DNA from: Candidatus Spongiisociaceae bacterium
GTDB taxonomy: Bacteria; Actinomycetota; Acidimicrobiia; Spongiisociales; Spongiisociaceae
NCBI GenBank assembly: GCA_965262915.1
Contig: OZ253564.1
Coordinates: 4,192,001-4,256,000, forward strand
Length of the DNA stretch: 64,000 bases
Direction of reading: 5' to 3'
In this document: piece after piece, positions 61,451 to 64,000 of the stretch
Position numbering within the stretch: position 1 is the first letter of the stretch
Layout of the letters: each line of letters starts with the position of its first letter
The notes under the pieces: model-generated
The model's database searches: none
What the model saw: only the letters and a program-made list of their open reading frames with translations
What the model was told of the DNA's origin: nothing
Made by a program: the position numbers and the translations under genes

Positions 61451-61482
61451 CCCGACGGGGCCGGCTACACGGCTCCGGCCAC

Positions 61483-61556
61483 TAGTGGTCTGTCTGCAAG
61501 ATGATCGAGCGCGCCCTGCCTGCATACCACGCCGCCATTTCACAGACAGACCACTA
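61483..61556. mobile_element. MITE family A, internally deleted copy in opposite orientation
   Basis: TA[GTGGTCTGTCTG ... CAGACAGACCAC]TA perfect 12-bp TIR; reverse complement begins GTGGTCTGTCTGTGAAATGGCGGCGTGGTATGC like copies 1-2. Confidence 0.85.
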
Positions 61557-62996
61557 ACCACCGGCCTGGGCCAGGAACCCGAGGAGCGGACTTGGGAAGA
61601 TCCCGAACACCACCGTGGCGGCTGCCGAGAAGAGCAGCACCCAGCGGACGTTCGCCGTCGGCACCACATCCGCCCCGCTCCCCTCGCCGGGCCGGAAGTA
61701 CATGAGCACCACCAGGCGGAGGTAGAAGAAGAAGGCGGCCACCGAGGATGCCAGCCCCACGATCACCAGCCATTCGTACCCGCCCTGCCAGGCGGCACTG
61801 AAGACCTGGAACTTTCCGATGAACCCGGTGGTGAGCGGCATCCCGGACATGGCGATCATCAGCGTGGCCAGGACGGCCGCCACCACCGGGGAGCGCCGCC
61901 CCAGCCCCCGGTAGTCCTCGAAGCGGCTACCGGACGTGGCGGGGCCGCTCACGGCGGTGACGGCGGCGAAGGCGCCCACCAGCATCACCGCGTAGGTGGC
62001 CAGGTAGAACACCACCCCGTCTCGCCCCTCGATGCCTGCTGTCATGCCCGTGAGGATGAACCCGGCGTGCGCCACACCCGAGTAGGCCAGCATCCGCCGC
62101 ACGTCGGACTGCTGGATTGCCAGGAGGGTTCCGAGCGTCACCGACACGGCGGCCATGACCGCCACGCCGTCACCCCACGGTCCCCGGAACCGATCGAATC
62201 CGATGAACAGGATGTTGATGAGCGCCGCGAAACCGCCCACCTTGGCGGCGGCCGCCATGAAACCAACCACCCCCGAGGGGGCGCCCTGGTACACGTCCGG
62301 AGCCCAGGAGTGGAACGGCGCCGCGGTCACCTTGAAACCCAACCCCACCACCAGCAACGCCATGCCGATGAGGATCACCGCCGGCCGCCACACATGGACG
62401 CTCGCCAGGAAACCCGCCGCCGCGACGATGTTGGTGGTCCCGGTTCCGGCGTAGGTGAGCGCCCCGCCGTAGATGAAGATGGCCGACGCGAAGGCGCCCA
62501 GCAGGAAGTACTTCATGGCCGCTTCGTCGCCTGCCTGGGAATCGCGCACTATGCCGGCCAGCACGTAAAGGGCGATCGATCCTATCTCCAGCGCTACGAA
62601 CACCATGACGAGATCGGCAGAGGCACCCATGAGCATGAACCCGGCGGTGGACACCAGCACCAGGCTGAGGCCTTCGGCCATCCGGCGTCCGAGCCCTACC
62701 AGCATCTCCCAGGCGGTGAGGGTCCCGAGCACCGCCACGACCAGCAGGACAACCCGCGCATGCACGGAAAGATGATGGAGGAAGAGAGTCCCGCCGAAGG
62801 ACAGCCCGGCGCCGTCCACCTCCAACCTGTACCACTGCCCCCCGATCGCCACCGCCACGGCCAGGTAGGTGACGGCGGCCAGCCATCCGTGGACCCGCGG
62901 TGACGGCCGGGCGAACACGTCGACCATCAGCACCGCTACCGCCCCCATCACCAGCAGCATCTCCGGGGCGATAGCGAGGTACGAGACGTCGGTCAC
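61554..62996 (-). CDS. nuoN: NADH-quinone oxidoreductase subunit N
   Basis: EAAMKYFLLG, FKVTAAPFHSWAPDVYQGAP, RMLAYS. Confidence 0.95.
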   Translation of the reverse strand: MTDVSYLAIAPEMLLVMGAVAVLMVDVFARPSPRVHGWLAAVTYLAVAVAIGGQWYRLEVDGAGLSFGGTLFLHHLSVHARVVLLVVAVLGTLTAWEMLVGLGRRMAEGLSLVLVSTAGFMLMGASADLVMVFVALEIGSIALYVLAGIVRDSQAGDEAAMKYFLLGAFASAIFIYGGALTYAGTGTTNIVAAAGFLASVHVWRPAVILIGMALLVVGLGFKVTAAPFHSWAPDVYQGAPSGVVGFMAAAAKVGGFAALINILFIGFDRFRGPWGDGVAVMAAVSVTLGTLLAIQQSDVRRMLAYSGVAHAGFILTGMTAGIEGRDGVVFYLATYAVMLVGAFAAVTAVSGPATSGSRFEDYRGLGRRSPVVAAVLATLMIAMSGMPLTTGFIGKFQVFSAAWQGGYEWLVIVGLASSVAAFFFYLRLVVLMYFRPGEGSGADVVPTANVRWVLLFSAAATVVFGIFPSPLLGFLAQAGG

Positions 62997-64000
62997 TCGC
63001 CGCCCCCGGTGAGGATCAAGCCGGGCCCGCCCGGCTCCGGGGCCACGAAACCGGTGGTCGCCTCGATCCGGGCAAGCACCGCATCGGTGGATGGTTCGAT
63101 CACGTCCAGCGCCACCTTGGGATAGATGCCGAGCAGGATGATCAGCGCAACCAGCGGTACGAACACGAGGGTCTCACCGATCGACAGGTCCGCCACCCGC
63201 TGGTTGGCCGGGTCGGTGAGCTTGCCGGTGAAGACCCGCTCGTAGGCCCACAGCATGTAGACCGCGGCCAGGATCACGCCGACCGCAGCCAGCACCGTGT
63301 ACACGGGCAGGGTGGGGTAGCTCCCCATGAGGATCAGGAACTCACCCACGAAGCCATTGAGACCGGGAAGGCCGATGGAGGCGAACGCTATGAACAGGAA
63401 CATCCCGGCGAACACCGGCATCGAGGAGGCCAGCCCACCGAAGTCGGCGATTGCCTTGGTGTGGCGGCGCTCGTACAGGATCCCCACCAGAAGGAACAGG
63501 GCGCCGGTGGTGAGCCCGTGGTTGATCATCTGCACCACTCCCCCCTGGAGGCTCTGGGAGGTCAGGGCGAAGGTCCCCAGCACGATGAAGCCCAGGTGGC
63601 TGACCGACGAGTACGCCACCAGCTTCTTGAGGTCGGGCTGCACGATCGCCACCACCGCCCCGTAGATCACCCCCACCACGGCCAGGGTGGCCAGCAGCGG
63701 TACGAACTCCAGGGTGGCTTCCGGGAAGAGGGGCAGGTTGAACCTCAGCAACCCGTACGTACCGAGCTTCAGCAGCACCCCGGCCAGGAGCACCGAACCG
63801 GCGGTGGGAGCCTCGACATGGGCGTCCGGCAACCAGGTGTGGAAGGGGAACACCGGTACCTTGATGGCGAAGGCAAGGGCGAAGGCCCCGAACAGCCATC
63901 TCTGGGTGATGGGACCGAGTTCCAGGTCGAGCATCCCGAGGTAGGAGAAGCCCAGTTCCCCCGTCTGATCCCGGTGGATGAAGGCCAGGGCGATTATCCC
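62993..64000 (-). CDS. nuoM: NADH-quinone oxidoreductase subunit M (5' end outside window)
   Basis: KVPVFPFHTWLPDAHVEAPT, LLKLGTYG, AYSSVSH, GFVGEF. Confidence 0.95.
   Translation of the reverse strand, partial: GIIALAFIHRDQTGELGFSYLGMLDLELGPITQRWLFGAFALAFAIKVPVFPFHTWLPDAHVEAPTAGSVLLAGVLLKLGTYGLLRFNLPLFPEATLEFVPLLATLAVVGVIYGAVVAIVQPDLKKLVAYSSVSHLGFIVLGTFALTSQSLQGGVVQMINHGLTTGALFLLVGILYERRHTKAIADFGGLASSMPVFAGMFLFIAFASIGLPGLNGFVGEFLILMGSYPTLPVYTVLAAVGVILAAVYMLWAYERVFTGKLTDPANQRVADLSIGETLVFVPLVALIILLGIYPKVALDVIEPSTDAVLARIEATTGFVAPEPGGPGLILTGGGE

Overview
High-GC actinobacterial chromosome segment; the gene order and proteins suggest Acidimicrobiia, which is an inference. Most of it is housekeeping DNA on the minus strand: a branched-chain amino-acid ABC operon with two binding proteins, rlmB-cysS-ispF-ispD-carD-disA, a nucleoside ABC transporter facing a P450/ribokinase/nucleoside hydrolase operon, clpC, lysS-coaX-panC, the fol operon, ftsH-hpt-tilS, sigH/rshA with tRNA-Thr(CGT), a 2-oxoacid dehydrogenase E1a/E1b/E2 set, holB-tmk-MFS, topA and nuoN/nuoM. 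Unusual items: (1) an AT-richer island after topA with a translationally coupled ABC-type ATPase + PIN nuclease pair (candidate defence system), flanked by a decayed vapBC22-like locus and a truncated gene; (2) a ClpC N-terminal domain fused to dihydroneopterin aldolase FolB, next to a degenerate phosphatase-like gene inside the folate operon; (3) CarD with an N-terminal histone-H1-like (PAAKK)9 tail; (4) a BMP lipoprotein with an apparently identical 936-bp in-frame duplication; (5) three families of non-autonomous MITE-like elements, including a nested insertion and copies overlapping stop codons, plus heptamer tandem repeats. No CRISPR array, rRNA, integrase or transposase was seen. All family assignments come from motif recognition by eye, not database searches.
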